Below are positions 45,101 to 59,835 of a stretch of 64,000 nucleotides of DNA, piece after piece; position 1 is the first letter of the stretch, and the number at the start of each line of letters is the position of its first letter. The position numbers and the translations under genes were made by a program. Location of the stretch: assembly GCF_009914755.1 (NCBI RefSeq), contig NC_060934.1; one strand, given 5' to 3'. Source of the DNA: the human T2T-CHM13v2.0 reference genome, Homo sapiens. The notes beneath the pieces are model-generated. The model saw nothing but the letters and a program-made list of their open reading frames with translations. It had not been told where the DNA came from and ran no database searches.

Positions 45101-46318
45101 TTAATCTCTGTGTGCAGCCTTTCTGTTAAATGGGAGTAGTAATAGTGGTTGTAGCATAAGATTGAGGTTAAACGAGTAAGTGTATGTAAGCACCTACTGA
45201 ATGCTATTTAAGTTAATGCAATCATTCAGTGGATTTCGGCTAAATTCATGCATTCAGTAAATATTTACCCTGTGCCTGCAAAATGACTGCTGTGTGCTTG
45301 GCCCTGGGATACAATAGGGACTGAAGTAGATATGGGGGATTGGCAAGTAAGTAGGCAGCCACAAGACAGCTGTGAATGGTAGGAGGGAGAAAGGACTACC
45401 AAGGGAGGCTTCCTGGAAGAAGCGGCTTTTTAAATAGGTGCTTTGAAGAGATTAGATATGAGTTAATGAGATGAAGAGGGGTAGGAAGGAGTAGCATCAG
45501 TTTAGCTGAGGGCCCTGAGGTGCAAGAGTGCACAGACCACTGAAGTTCAGTCTGGGTGAGTCGAGGCGAGGCTGGGTGCCAAGCAGGGTCGTCCCAAGCT
45601 GTCTGGAGGAATTTGGACTTAATGCTCAGAGCAGTGGCTGGTGATTGAAAGGTTCAGAGTGGATGATTCTTGAAGGGTCCAGAGCTATATCAGATTTTGT
45701 TGCAGGAAGAGTTCATGGGCAGTGGTTTGAAGAACGGGAAGGAGAGGAGACAGGTGATGGGGAGGCATGGCAGCCGTGCAGGGGAGGTGATGGGGCCTGA
45801 GTGGGGTTGATGGTGGTGGGGGTGGGGAGGAGCCAGTGGGTTTGAGAATATTAGGAGGATAAGGAGTGCCATGTCCTGACTGATTGGTTGTAGACGAGGG
45901 GAGGGAAGTGTCTAGGCCTGGATGCAGGGGCTGCTGGTCTCCGGTGGTCCTGGAGAAGGATGAACTCAGGGTACAGTTCTTCCCCAGCACTGGGCACAGG
46001 GTGCAGGGCTGTGCCCGTGGTAGACAGTAGGAAATGCTTGCTGCAGGAAGCCCTCAGCACGCAGAGCCATGTGTGGTCTCTGAACCTTGCAAGCGGACCT
46101 GCCGAGGCAGCTGTTGGGTGGCTGGAGCAGTTTACGCAGTTGGGAGTCAGCACGAAGATGCGTATGGAAGCCTCCAGAGATGACCTGTGTGGGAGGGTTT
46201 GGAAAGTGAGGAGAAGCTGAGGAGCTGGAGTCCCAAAGAACAACTGCGCAAAGGACTGAGATGGAGGAGACCGGGGAGCGGAGGCCCAGGGAGGACACCA
46301 AGCCTGAGGAGGAAGTGA

Positions 46319-47300
<982 letters not shown>

Positions 47301-47689
47301 TTTATGGATTTTCTTTTAGGAAATGAATGGAGTGAGTCAAATACTCTTTACCTGTGGACATGCTCAGCTGTGCATCTGGTTTTGCTGCCACCGGCCTCTT
47401 TTTCCAGTCCCAAGAAACACGTGTTCATGAATCCACTTGGGTGCAGGTGCACATACTGTATGGCTGGCGGTCGTGAGCAGTTTCTTCGAAGTTTCTGGCA
47501 CTTTGCTGATGCAGGCAGTTCAGTGTCGGAGTGGCCAAGAGCAGGGGGTTTTGGGCACACCTCTGCCGTGCATCTCATGATTGCCGCAGTGCTTTATTGA
47601 GCGTAACAACTTGGAATGCTCAGGTGTGGTTTGCGGCATTCACTTGCTGATGAACGTTCATAGGCAGAGACGCTCTGGACTCTTTTTAA

Positions 47690-48560
47690 ACAGCTTTCTC
47701 GAGCAGTTACTCACATACCATGCAGGGTATCCACTGTAAAAGTCTGCCATTCAGTGGTTTTTGGCATATTACATTAATTTTTTAAATTTATGGGAAAAAT
47801 ATATATAACATAGAATTTTCCCCTTTAACCCTTTAAAAATGCACATTTCATTGGCATTAAATACATCTACAGTGTTGTGCTACTCATTCTCTGTTTCCAA
47901 GACTTTCACCGTCCCAGACAGAAACTTTGTATCCGTTAAAAGCTAATTCTTGGCCAGACACGGTAGCTCATGCCTGTATTCCTAGCACTTTGGGAGGCCG
48001 AGGTGGGTGGATCACTTGAGGTCAGGAGTTCAAGACCAGCCTGGCCAACATGGTGAAACCCCATTTCTACTAAAAATACAAAAATTAGCTGGATGTGGTG
48101 GCGGGCACCTGTAATCCCAGCTACTTGGGAGGCTGAGGCAGGAGAATCGCTTGACCCGGAAGGCGGAGGTTGCAGTGAGCTGAGATCGCAGCACTACACT
48201 CCAGTCTGGGCAACAGAGCGAGACTTCATCTAAAAAAAGAAAAAGCTAACTTTCCATTCCCTGTCCCCTCAGCCTCCGTTAACTTCTAATCTATTATATT
48301 TTCTGTCTCTGAATTTGACTACTCTAGGAGCCACATAGGAACGGAATTGCACAGTATTTGTCCTTTTGTGCCTGGCTAATTTCGCAGAGCACAGTATCTT
48401 CCGGGTTCATCCATGTCACAGCACACGTCAACACTTCCTTGCTCTGAAGAATATTTCACTGTATGCATTAGCCACATTTTGTTTAATTTGTTCATCTCTT
48501 GATGGACACTTGTGACATGGTTTCTTCCCAGCATTTGACTGTTGTGAACAACTTGTCCAC
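47690..48560 (-). mobile_element. Old L1M 3' fragment(s) with a nested Alu
   Basis: ttctgtctctgaatttgactactctagg, cagtatttgtccttttgtg, gttcatccatg. Confidence 0.7.
47952..48245 (+). mobile_element. AluSx/Sz-like
   Basis: Full-length. TSD-like aaaagctaat/aaaagctaac. Confidence 0.9.
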
Positions 48561-48929
48561 TCTTTGCTGGAGGAAGTGCGTTAGTGCCCATCTCACGGTC
48601 ACAGCGGACAGGCTCACTTCTTGGATCAGACGCTCATTGTGAAGCAGATCAATGCAGTGAGAATGCAGGTCTGATCCTGTCCCCCCATCCCTGGCCCATG
48701 ACTGGGGAGAGATGCGGTCCAAGGACTGGTACCTGGAGGCTTGGCAGCAGCATGCCCTCCTTCCTCCTGCTCTTTGCCTCAGTCTTTGCGTGCAGAAATG
48801 GGATTGCTGTTAGCCCTATTTCATAGGGTTGATATGGGATGATGTGGTATTCCATGGTGTTTCTGGTCTTTCTCAGGGCAGAATAAAGTTTACCTCTGCC
48901 ATGATGATGGTGGTGCTGGTAATGTGGTT

Positions 48930-51900
48930 GATGATGGTGGTGGTTGGTAGTACTACTGTTGGTGGTGATGGTGGTGGTTGGTAGTATTACTGTTGGTGGT
49001 GATGGTGGTGGTTGGTAGTATTACTGTTGGTGATGGTGGTGGTTGGTAGTATTACTGTTGGTGGTGATGGTGGTGGTTGGTAGTATTACTGTTGGTGGTG
49101 ATGGTGGTGGTTGGTAGTATTACTGTTGGTGGTGGTGGTGGTGGTTGGTAGTATTACTGTTGGTGGTGATGGTGGTGGTTGGTAGTATTACTGTTGGTGG
49201 TGGTGGTGGTTGGTAGTATTACTGTTGGTGGTGGTGGTGGTGGTTGGTAGTATTACTGTTGGTGGTGGTGGTGGTGGTTGGTAGTATTACTGTTGGTGGT
49301 GGTGGTGGTGGTTGGTAGTATTACTGTTGGTGGTGATGGTGGTGGTTGGTAGTATTACTGTTGGTGGTGATGGTGGTGGTTGGTAGTATTACTGTTGGTG
49401 GTGGTGGTGGTGGTTGGTAGTATTACTGTTGGTGGTGGTGGTGGTGGTTGGTAGTATTACTGTTGGTGATGGTGGTGGTGGTTGGTAGTATTACTGTTGG
49501 TGGTGATGGTGGTGGTTGGTAGTATTACTGTTGGTGGTGATGGTGGTGGTTGGTAGTATTACTGTTGGTGGTGATGGTGGTGGTTGGTAGTATTACTGTT
49601 GGTGGTGGTGGTGGTGGTTGGTAGTATTACTGTTGGTGGTGGTGGTGGTGGTTGGTAGTATTACTGTTGGTGGTGGTGGTGGTGGTTGGTAGTATTACTG
49701 TTGGTGGTGGTGGTGGTGGTTGGTAGTATTACTGTTGGTGGTGATGGTGGTGGTTGGTAGTATTACTGTTGGTGGTGATGGTGGTGGTTGGTAGTATTAC
49801 TGTTGGTGGTGATGGTGGTGGTTGGTAGTATTACTGTTGGTGGTGATGGTGGTGGTTGGTAGTATTACTGTTGGTGGTGATGGTGGTGGTTGGTAGTATT
49901 ACTGTTGGTGGTGGTGGTGGTGGTTGGTAGTATTACTGTTGGTGGTGGTGGTGGTGGTTGGTAGTATTACTGTTGGTGGTGGTGGTGGTGGTTGGTAGTA
50001 TTACTGTTGGTGGTGGTGGTGGTGGTTGGTAGTATTACTGTTGGTGGTGGTGGTGGTGGTTGGTAGTATTACTGTTGGTGGTGATGGTGGTGGTTGGTAG
50101 TATTACTGTTGGTGGTGATGGTGGTGGTTGGTAGTATTACTGTTGGTGGTGGTGGTGGTGGTTGGTAGTATTACTGTTGGTGGTGGTGGTGGTGGTTGGT
50201 AGTATTACTGTTGGTGGTGGTGGTGGTGGTTGGTAGTATTACTGTTGGTGGTGATGGTGGTGGTTGGTAGTATTACTGTTGGTGGTGATGGTGGTTGGTA
50301 GTATTACTGTTGGTGGTGATGGTGGTTGGTAGTATTACTGTTGGTGGTGATGGTGGTGGTTGGTAGTATTACTGTTGGTGGTGATGGTGGTTGGTAGTAT
50401 TACTGTTGGTGGTGATGGTGGTGGTTGGTAGTATTACTGTTGGTGGTGATGGTGGTGGTTGGTAGTATTACTGTTGGTGGTGATGGTGGTGGTTGGTAGT
50501 ATTACTGTTGGTGGTGGTGGTGGTGGTTGGTAGTATTACTGTTGGTGGTGGTGGTGGTGGTTGGTAGTATTACTGTTGTTGGTGATGGTGGTGGTTGGTA
50601 GTATTACTGTTGGTGGTGATGGTGGTGGTTGGTAGTATTACTGTTGGTGGTGATGGTGGTTGGTAGTATTACTGTTGGTGGTGATGGTGGTTGGTAGTAT
50701 TACTGTTGGTGGTGATGGTGGTGGTTGGTAGTATTACTGTTGGTGGTGATGGTGGTTGGTAGTATTACTGTTGGTGGTGATGGTGGTGGTTGGTAGTATT
50801 ACTGTTGGTGGTGATGGTGGTGGTTGGTAGTATTACTGTTGGTGGTGATGGTGGTGGTTGGTAGTATTACTGTTGGTGGTGGTGGTGGTGGTTGGTAGTA
50901 TTACTGTTGGTGGTGGTGGTGGTGGTTGGTAGTATTACTGTTGTTGGTGATGGTGGTGGTTGGTAGTATTACTGTTGGTGGTGATGGTGGTGGTTGGTAG
51001 TATTACTGTTGGTGGTGATGGTGGTGGTTGGTAGTATTACTGTTGGTGGTGGTGGTGGTGGTTGGTAGTATTACTGTTGGTGGTGGTGGTGGTGGTTGGT
51101 AGTATTACTGTTGGTGGTGGTGGTGGTGGTTGGTAGTATTACTGTTGGTGGTGGTGGTGGTGGTTGGTAGTATTACTGTTGGTGGTGATGGTGGTGGTTG
51201 GTAGTATTACTGTTGGTGGTGATGGTGGTGGTTGGTAGTATTACTGTTGGTGGTGATGGTGGTGGTTGGTAGTATTACTGTTGGTGGTGATGGTGGTGGT
51301 TGGTAGTATTACTGTTGGTGGTGATGGTGGTGGTTGGTAGTATTACTGTTGGTGGTGATGGTGGTGGTTGGTAGTATTACTGTTGGTGGTGATGGTGGTG
51401 GTTGGTAGTATTACTGTTGGTGGTGATGGTGGTGGTTGGTAGTATTACTGTTGGTGATGGTGGTGGTTGGTAGTATTACTGTTGGTGGTGGTGGTGGTGG
51501 TTGGTAGTATTACTGTTGGTGGTGGTGGTGGTGGTTGGTAGTATTACTGTTGGTGGTGGTGGTGGTGGTTGGTAGTATTACTGTTGGTGGTGGTGGTGGT
51601 GGTTGGTAGTATTACTGTTGGTGGTGGTGGTGGTGGTTGGTAGTATTACTGTTGGTGGTGGTGGTGGTGGTTGGTAGTATTACTGTTGGTGGTGGTGGTG
51701 GTGGTTGGTAGTATTACTGTTGGTGGTGATGGTGGTGGTTGGTAGTATTACTGTTGGTGGTGATGGTGGTGGTTGGTAGTATTACTGTTGGTGGTGATGG
51801 TGGTGGTTGGTAGTATTACTGTTGGTGGTGATGGTGGTTGGTAGTATTACTGTTGGTGGTGATGGTGGTGGTTGGTAGTATTACTGTTGGTGGTGATGGT

Positions 51901-54900
51901 GGTGGTTGGTAGTATTACTGTTGGTGGTGATGGTGGTGGTTGGTAGTATTACTGTTGGTGGTGGTGGTGGTGGTTGGTAGTATTACTGTTGGTGGTGGTG
52001 GTGGTGGTTGGTAGTATTACTGTTGTTGGTGATGGTGGTGGTTGGTAGTATTACTGTTGGTGGTGATGGTGGTGGTTGGTAGTATTACTGTTGGTGGTGA
52101 TGGTGGTTGGTAGTATTACTGTTGGTGGTGATGGTGGTTGGTAGTATTACTGTTGGTGGTGATGGTGGTGGTTGGTAGTATTACTGTTGGTGGTGATGGT
52201 GGTTGGTAGTATTACTGTTGGTGGTGATGGTGGTGGTTGGTAGTATTACTGTTGGTGGTGATGGTGGTGGTTGGTAGTATTACTGTTGGTGATGGTGGTG
52301 GTTGGTAGTATTACTGTTGGTGGTGGTGGTGGTGGTTGGTAGTATTACTGTTGGTGGTGGTGGTGGTGGTTGGTAGTATTACTGTTGGTGGTGGTGGTGG
52401 TGGTTGGTAGTATTACTGTTGGTGGTGGTGGTGGTGGTTGGTAGTATTACTGTTGGTGGTGGTGGTGGTGGTTGGTAGTATTACTGTTGGTGGTGGTGGT
52501 GGTGGTTGGTAGTATTACTGTTGGTGGTGGTGGTGGTGGTTGGTAGTATTACTGTTGGTGGTGATGGTGGTGGTTGGTAGTATTACTGTTGGTGGTGATG
52601 GTGGTTGGTAGTATTACTGTTGGTGGTGATGGTGGTTGGTAGTATTACTGTTGGTGGTGATGGTGGTGGTTGGTAGTATTACTGTTGGTGGTGATGGTGG
52701 TTGGTAGTATTACTGTTGGTGGTGATGGTGGTGGTTGGTAGTATTACTGTTGGTGATGGTGGTGGTTGGTAGTATTACTGTTGGTGGTGGTGGTGGTGGT
52801 TGGTAGTATTACTGTTGGTGGTGGTGGTGGTGGTTGGTAGTATTACTGTTGGTGGTGGTGGTGGTGGTTGGTAGTATTACTGTTGGTGGTGGTGGTGGTG
52901 GTTGGTAGTATTACTGTTGGTGGTGATGGTGGTGGTTGGTAGTATTACTGTTGGTGGTGATGGTGGTGGTTGGTAGTATTACTGTTGGTGGTGATGGTGG
53001 TGGTTGGTAGTATTACTGTTGGTGGTGATGGTGGTTGGTAGTATTACTGTTGGTGGTGATGGTGGTGGTTGGTAGTATTACTGTTGGTGGTGATGGTGGT
53101 GGTTGGTAGTATTACTGTTGGTGGTGATGGTGGTGGTTGGTAGTATTACTGTTGGTGGTGGTGGTGGTGGTTGGTAGTATTACTGTTGGTGGTGGTGGTG
53201 GTGGTTGGTAGTATTACTGTTGTTGGTGATGGTGGTGGTTGGTAGTATTACTGTTGGTGGTGATGGTGGTGGTTGGTAGTATTACTGTTGGTGGTGATGG
53301 TGGTTGGTAGTATTACTGTTGGTGGTGATGGTGGTTGGTAGTATTACTGTTGGTGGTGATGGTGGTGGTTGGTAGTATTACTGTTGGTGGTGATGGTGGT
53401 TGGTAGTATTACTGTTGGTGGTGATGGTGGTGGTTGGTAGTATTACTGTTGGTGGTGATGGTGGTGGTTGGTAGTATTACTGTTGGTGGTGATGGTGGTG
53501 GTTGGTAGTATTACTGTTGGTGGTGGTGGTGGTGGTTGGTAGTATTACTGTTGGTGGTGGTGGTGGTGGTTGGTAGTATTACTGTTGTTGGTGATGGTGG
53601 TGGTTGGTAGTATTACTGTTGGTGGTGATGGTGGTGGTTGGTAGTATTACTGTTGGTGGTGATGGTGGTGGTTGGTAGTATTACTGTTGGTGGTGGTGGT
53701 GGTGGTTGGTAGTATTACTGTTGGTGGTGGTGGTGGTGGTTGGTAGTATTACTGTTGGTGGTGGTGGTGGTGGTTGGTAGTATTACTGTTGGTGGTGGTG
53801 GTGGTGGTTGGTAGTATTACTGTTGGTGGTGATGGTGGTGGTTGGTAGTATTACTGTTGGTGGTGATGGTGGTGGTTGGTAGTATTACTGTTGGTGGTGA
53901 TGGTGGTGGTTGGTAGTATTACTGTTGGTGGTGATGGTGGTGGTTGGTAGTATTACTGTTGGTGGTGATGGTGGTGGTTGGTAGTATTACTGTTGGTGGT
54001 GATGGTGGTGGTTGGTAGTATTACTGTTGGTGGTGATGGTGGTGGTTGGTAGTATTACTGTTGGTGGTGATGGTGGTGGTTGGTAGTATTACTGTTGGTG
54101 ATGGTGGTGGTTGGTAGTATTACTGTTGGTGGTGGTGGTGGTGGTTGGTAGTATTACTGTTGGTGGTGATGGTGGTGGTTGGTAGTATTACTGTTGGTGG
54201 TGATGGTGGTGGTTGGTAGTATTACTGTTGGTGGTGATGGTGGTGGTTGGTAGTATTACTGTTGGTGGTGATGGTGGTGGTTGGTAGTATTACTGTTGGT
54301 GGTGATGGTGGTGGTTGGTAGTATTACTGTTGGTGGTGATGGTGGTGGTTGGTAGTATTACTGTTGGTGGTGATGGTGGTGGTTGGTAGTATTACTGTTG
54401 GTGGTGGTGGTGGTGGTTGGTAGTATTACTGTTGGTGGTGGTGGTGGTGGTTGGTAGTATTACTGTTGGTGATGGTGGTGGTGGTTGGTAGTATTACTGT
54501 TGGTGGTGATGGTGGTGGTTGGTAGTATTACTGTTGGTGGTGATGGTGGTTGGTAGTATTACTGTTGGTGGTGATGGTGGTTGGTAGTATTACTGTTGGT
54601 GGTGATGGTGGTCGTTGTTAGTATTACTGTTGGTGGTGATGGTGGTTGGTAGTATTACTGTTGGTGGTGATGGTGGTGGTGGTTGGTAGTATTACTGTTG
54701 GTGGTGATGGTGGTGGTGGTTGGTAGTATTACTGTTGGTGGTGATGGTGGTAGTTGGTAGTATTACTGTTGGTGGTGATGGTGGTGGTTGGTAGTATTAC
54801 TGTTGGTGGTGATGGTGGTGGTTGGTAGTATTACTGTTGGTGGTGGTGGTGGTGGTTGGTAGTATTACTGTTGGTGGTGATGGTGGTGGTTGGTAGTATT

Positions 54901-57900
54901 ACTGTTGGTGGTGATGGTGGTGGTTGGTAGTATTACTGTTGGTGGTGATGGTGGTGGTTGGTAGTATTACTGTTGGTGGTGGTGGTGGTGGTTGGTAGTA
55001 TTACTGTTGGTGGTGGTGGTGGTGGTTGGTAGTATTACTGTTGGTGATGGTGGTGGTGGTTGGTAGTATTACTGTTGGTGGTGATGGTGGTGGTTGGTAG
55101 TATTACTGTTGGTGGTGATGGTGGTGGTTGGTAGTATTACTGTTGGTGGTGATGGTGGTGGTTGGTAGTATTACTGTTGGTGGTGGTGGTGGTGGTTGGT
55201 AGTATTACTGTTGGTGGTGGTGGTGGTGGTTGGTAGTATTACTGTTGGTGGTGGTGGTGGTGGTTGGTAGTATTACTGTTGGTGGTGGTGGTGGTGGTTG
55301 GTAGTATTACTGTTGGTGGTGATGGTGGTGGTTGGTAGTATTACTGTTGGTGGTGATGGTGGTGGTTGGTAGTATTACTGTTGGTGGTGATGGTGGTGGT
55401 TGGTAGTATTACTGTTGGTGGTGGTGGTGGTGGTTGGTAGTATTACTGTTGGTGGTGGTGGTGGTGGTTGGTAGTATTACTGTTGGTGGTGATGGTGGTG
55501 GTTGGTAGTATTACTGTTGGTGGTGATGGTGGTGGTTGGTAGTATTACTGTTGGTGGTGATGGTGGTGGTTGGTAGTATTACTGTTGGTGGTGGTGGTGG
55601 TGGTTGGTAGTATTACTGTTGGTGGTGGTGGTGGTGGTTGGTAGTATTACTGTTGGTGGTGGTGGTGGTGGTTGGTAGTATTACTGTTGGTGGTGGTGGT
55701 GGTGGTTGGTAGTATTACTGTTGGTGGTGGTGGTGGTGGTTGGTAGTATTACTGTTGGTGGTGATGGTGGTGGTTGGTAGTATTACTGTTGGTGGTGATG
55801 GTGGTGGTTGGTAGTATTACTGTTGGTGGTGGTGGTGGTGGTTGGTAGTATTACTGTTGGTGGTGGTGGTGGTGGTTGGTAGTATTACTGTTGGTGGTGG
55901 TGGTGGTGGTTGGTAGTATTACTGTTGGTGGTGATGGTGGTGGTTGGTAGTATTACTGTTGGTGGTGGTGGTGGTGGTTGGTAGTATTACTGTTGGTGGT
56001 GGTGGTGGTGGTTGGTAGTATTACTGTTGGTGGTGGTGGTGGTGGTTGGTAGTATTACTGTTGGTGGTGATGGTGGTGGTTGGTAGTATTACTGTTGGTG
56101 GTGATGGTGGTGGTTGGTAGTATTACTGTTGGTGGTGATGGTGGTGGTTGGTAGTATTACTGTTGGTGGTGATGGTGGTGGTTGGTAGTATTACTGTTGG
56201 TGGTGATGGTGGTGGTTGGTAGTATTACTGTTGGTGGTGATGGTGGTGGTTGGTAGTATTACTGTTGGTGGTGATGGTGGTGGTTGGTAGTATTACTGTT
56301 GGTGGTGATGGTGGTGGTTGGTAGTATTACTGTTGGTGATGGTGGTGGTTGGTAGTATTACTGTTGGTGGTGGTGGTGGTGGTTGGTAGTATTACTGTTG
56401 GTGGTGATGGTGGTGGTTGGTAGTATTACTGTTGGTGGTGATGGTGGTGGTTGGTAGTATTACTGTTGGTGGTGATGGTGGTGGTTGGTAGTATTACTGT
56501 TGGTGGTGATGGTGGTGGTTGGTAGTATTACTGTTGGTGGTGATGGTGGTGGTTGGTAGTATTACTGTTGGTGGTGATGGTGGTGGTTGGTAGTATTACT
56601 GTTGGTGGTGATGGTGGTGGTTGGTAGTATTACTGTTGGTGGTGGTGGTGGTGGTTGGTAGTATTACTGTTGGTGGTGGTGGTGGTGGTTGGTAGTATTA
56701 CTGTTGGTGATGGTGGTGGTGGTTGGTAGTATTACTGTTGGTGGTGATGGTGGTGGTTGGTAGTATTACTGTTGGTGGTGATGGTGGTTGGTAGTATTAC
56801 TGTTGGTGGTGATGGTGGTTGGTAGTATTACTGTTGGTGGTGATGGTGGTCGTTGTTAGTATTACTGTTGGTGGTGATGGTGGTTGGTAGTATTACTGTT
56901 GGTGGTGATGGTGGTGGTGGTTGGTAGTATTACTGTTGGTGGTGATGGTGGTGGTAGTTGGTAGTATTACTGTTGGTGGTGATGGTGGTAGTTGGTAGTA
57001 TTACTGTTGGTGGTGATGGTGGTGGTTGGTAGTATTACTGTTGGTGGTGATGGTGGTGGTTGGTAGTATTACTGTTGGTGGTGGTGGTGGTGGTTGGTAG
57101 TATTACTGTTGGTGGTGATGGTGGTAGTTGGTAGTATTACTGTTGGTGGTGATGGTGGTGGTTGGTAGTATTACTGTTGGTGGTGATGGTGGTGGTTGGT
57201 AGTATTACTGTTGGTGGTGGTGGTGGTGGTTGGTAGTATTACTGTTGGTGGTGGTGGTGGTGGTTGGTAGTATTACTGTTGGTGGTGATGGTGGTGGTTG
57301 GTAGTATTACTGTTGGTGGTGGTGGTAGTTGGTAGTATTACTGTTGGTGGTGATGGTGGTAGTTGGTAGTATTACTGTTGGTGGTGATGGTGGTGGTTGG
57401 TAGTATTACTGTTGGTGGTGGTGGTGGTGGTTGGTAGTATTACTGTTGGTGGTGATGGTGGTGGTTGGTAGTATTACTGTTGGTGGTGATGGTGGTTGGT
57501 AGTATTACTGTTGGTGGTGGTGGTGGTGGTTGGTAGTATTACTGTTGGTGGTGATGGTGGTAGTTGGTAGTATTACTGTTGGTGGTGATGGTGGTGGTTG
57601 GTAGTATTACTGTTGGTGGTGGTGGTGGTGGTTGGTAGTATTACTGTTGGTGGTGGTGGTGGTGGTTGGTAGTATTACTGTTGGTGGTGGTGGTGGTGGT
57701 TGGTAGTATTACTGTTGGTGGTGATGGTGGTGGTTGGTAGTATTACTGTTGGTGGTGATGGTGGTGGTTGGTAGTATTACTGTTGGTGGTGGTGGTGGTG
57801 GTTGGTAGTATTACTGTTGGTGGTGATGGTGGTTGGTAGTATTACTGTTGGTGGTGATGGTGGTGGTTGGTAGTATTACTGTTGGTGGTGGTGGTAGTTG

Positions 57901-59835
57901 GTAGTATTACTGTTGGTGGTGATGGTGGTAGTTGGTAGTATTACTGTTGGTGGTGATGGTGGTGGTTGGTAGTATTACTGTTGGTGGTAGTATTACTGTT
58001 GGTGGTGATGGTGGTGGTTGGTAGTATTACTGTTGGTGGTGGTGGTGGTGGTTGGTAGTATTACTGTTGGTGGTGATGGTGGTTGGTAGTATTACTGTTG
58101 GTGGTGATGGTGGTGGTTGGTAGTATTACTGTTGGTGGTGGTGGTAGTTGGTAGTATTACTGTTGGTGGTGATGGTGGTAGTTGGTAGTATTACTGTTGG
58201 TGGTGATGGTGGTGGTTGGTAGTATTACTGTTGGTGGTAGTATTACTGTTGGTGGTGATGGTGGTGGTTGGTAGTATTACTGTTGGTGATGGTGGTGGTT
58301 GGTAGTATTACTGTTGGTGGTGGTGGTGGTGGTTGGTAGTATTACTGTTGGTGGTGATGGTGGTAGTTGGTAGTATTACTGTTGGTGGTGGTGGTGGTGG
58401 TTGGTAGTATTACTGTTGGTGGTGGTGGTGGTTGGTAGTATTACTGTTGGTGGTGGTGGTGGTAGTTGGTAGTATTACTGTTGGTGGTGGTGGTGGTAGT
58501 TGGTAGTATTACTGTTGGTGGTGATGGTGGTGGTTGGTAGTATTACTGTTGGTGGTGGTGGTGGTGGTTGGTAGTATTACTGTTGGTGATGGTGGTGGTT
58601 GGTAGTATTACTGTTGGTGGTAGTATTACTGTTGGTGGTGATGGTGGTGGTTGGTAGTATTACTGTTGGTGATGGTGGTGGTTGGTAGTATTACTGTTGG
58701 TGGTGGTGGTGGTGGTTGGTAGTATTACTGTTGGTGGTGATGGTGGTAGTTGGTAGTATTACTGTTGGTGGTGGTGGTGGTGGTTGGTAGTATTACTGTT
58801 GGTGGTGGTGGTGGTTGGTAGTATTACTGTTGGTGGTGGTGGTGGTAGTTGGTAGTATTACTGTTGGTGGTGGTGGTGGTAGTTGGTAGTATTACTGTTG
58901 GTGGTGATGGTGGTGGTTGGTAGTATTACTGTTGGTGGTGGTGGTGGTGGTTGGTAGTATTACTGTTGGTGATGGTGGTGGTTGGTAGTATTACTGTTGG
59001 TGGTGATGGTGGTGGTTGGTAGTATTACTGTTGGTGGTGATGGTGGTGGTTGGTAGTATTACTGTTGGTGATGGTGGTGGTTGGTAGTATTACTGTTGGT
59101 GGTGATGGTGGTGGTTGGTAGTATTACTGTTGGTGGTGATGGTGGTAGTTGGTAGTATTACTGTTGGTGGTGATGGTGGTGGTTGGTAGTATTACTGTTG
59201 GTGGTGGTGGTGGTGGTTGGTAGTATTACTGTTGGTGGTGGTGGTGGTGGTTGGTAGTATTACTGTTGGTGGTGGTGGTGGTGGTTGGTAGTATTACTGT
59301 TGGTGGTGGTGGTGGTGGTTGGTAGTATTACTGTTGGTGGTGGTGGTGGTGGTTGGTAGTATTACTGTTGGTGGTGATGGTGGTGGTTGGTAGTATTACT
59401 GTTGGTGGTGATGGTGGTGGTTGGTAGTATTACTGTTGGTGGTGATGGTGGTGGTTGGTAGTATTACTGTTGGTGGTGATGGTGGTGGTTGGTAGTATTA
59501 CTGTTGGTGGTGATGGTGGTAGTTGGTAGTATTACTGTTGGTGGTGGTGGTGGTGGTTGGTAGTATTACTGTTGGTGGTGATGGTGGTAGTTGGTAGTAT
59601 TACTGTTGGTGGTGGTGGTGGTGGTTGGTAGTATTACTGTTGGTGGTGATGGTGGTAGTTGGTAGTATTACTGTTGGTGGTGGTGGTGGTTGGTAGTATT
59701 ACTGTTGGTGGTGATGGTGGTGGTTGGTAGTATTACTGTTGGTGGTGATGGTGGTGGTTGGTAGTATTACTGTTGGTGGTGATGGTGGTGGTTGGTAGTA
59801 TTACTGTTGGTGGTGGTGGTGGTGGTGGTGGTGGT
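48930..59835. repeat. Giant 34-bp-unit minisatellite (GGTAGTATTACTGTTGGTGGTG[A/G]TGGTGGTGGTT)n, roughly 320 copies
   Basis: Units start at 48946, 48980, 49014 and so on. 31-, 37- and 18-bp length variants. Copy number estimated as length divided by unit size. Confidence 0.97.

Noticed and set aside
48930-59835. Mucin-like (Thr/Pro/His) or Gly/Val coding repeat
   Set aside because: The 34-bp unit shifts frame and contains TAG (+) and TAA (-), so every frame closes within about three units. The ORF track is empty across almost all of it.
48930-59835. Telomeric, satellite or Chi-like array
   Set aside because: No TTAGGG or GGAAT units. GGTGGTGG resembles bacterial Chi only superficially.
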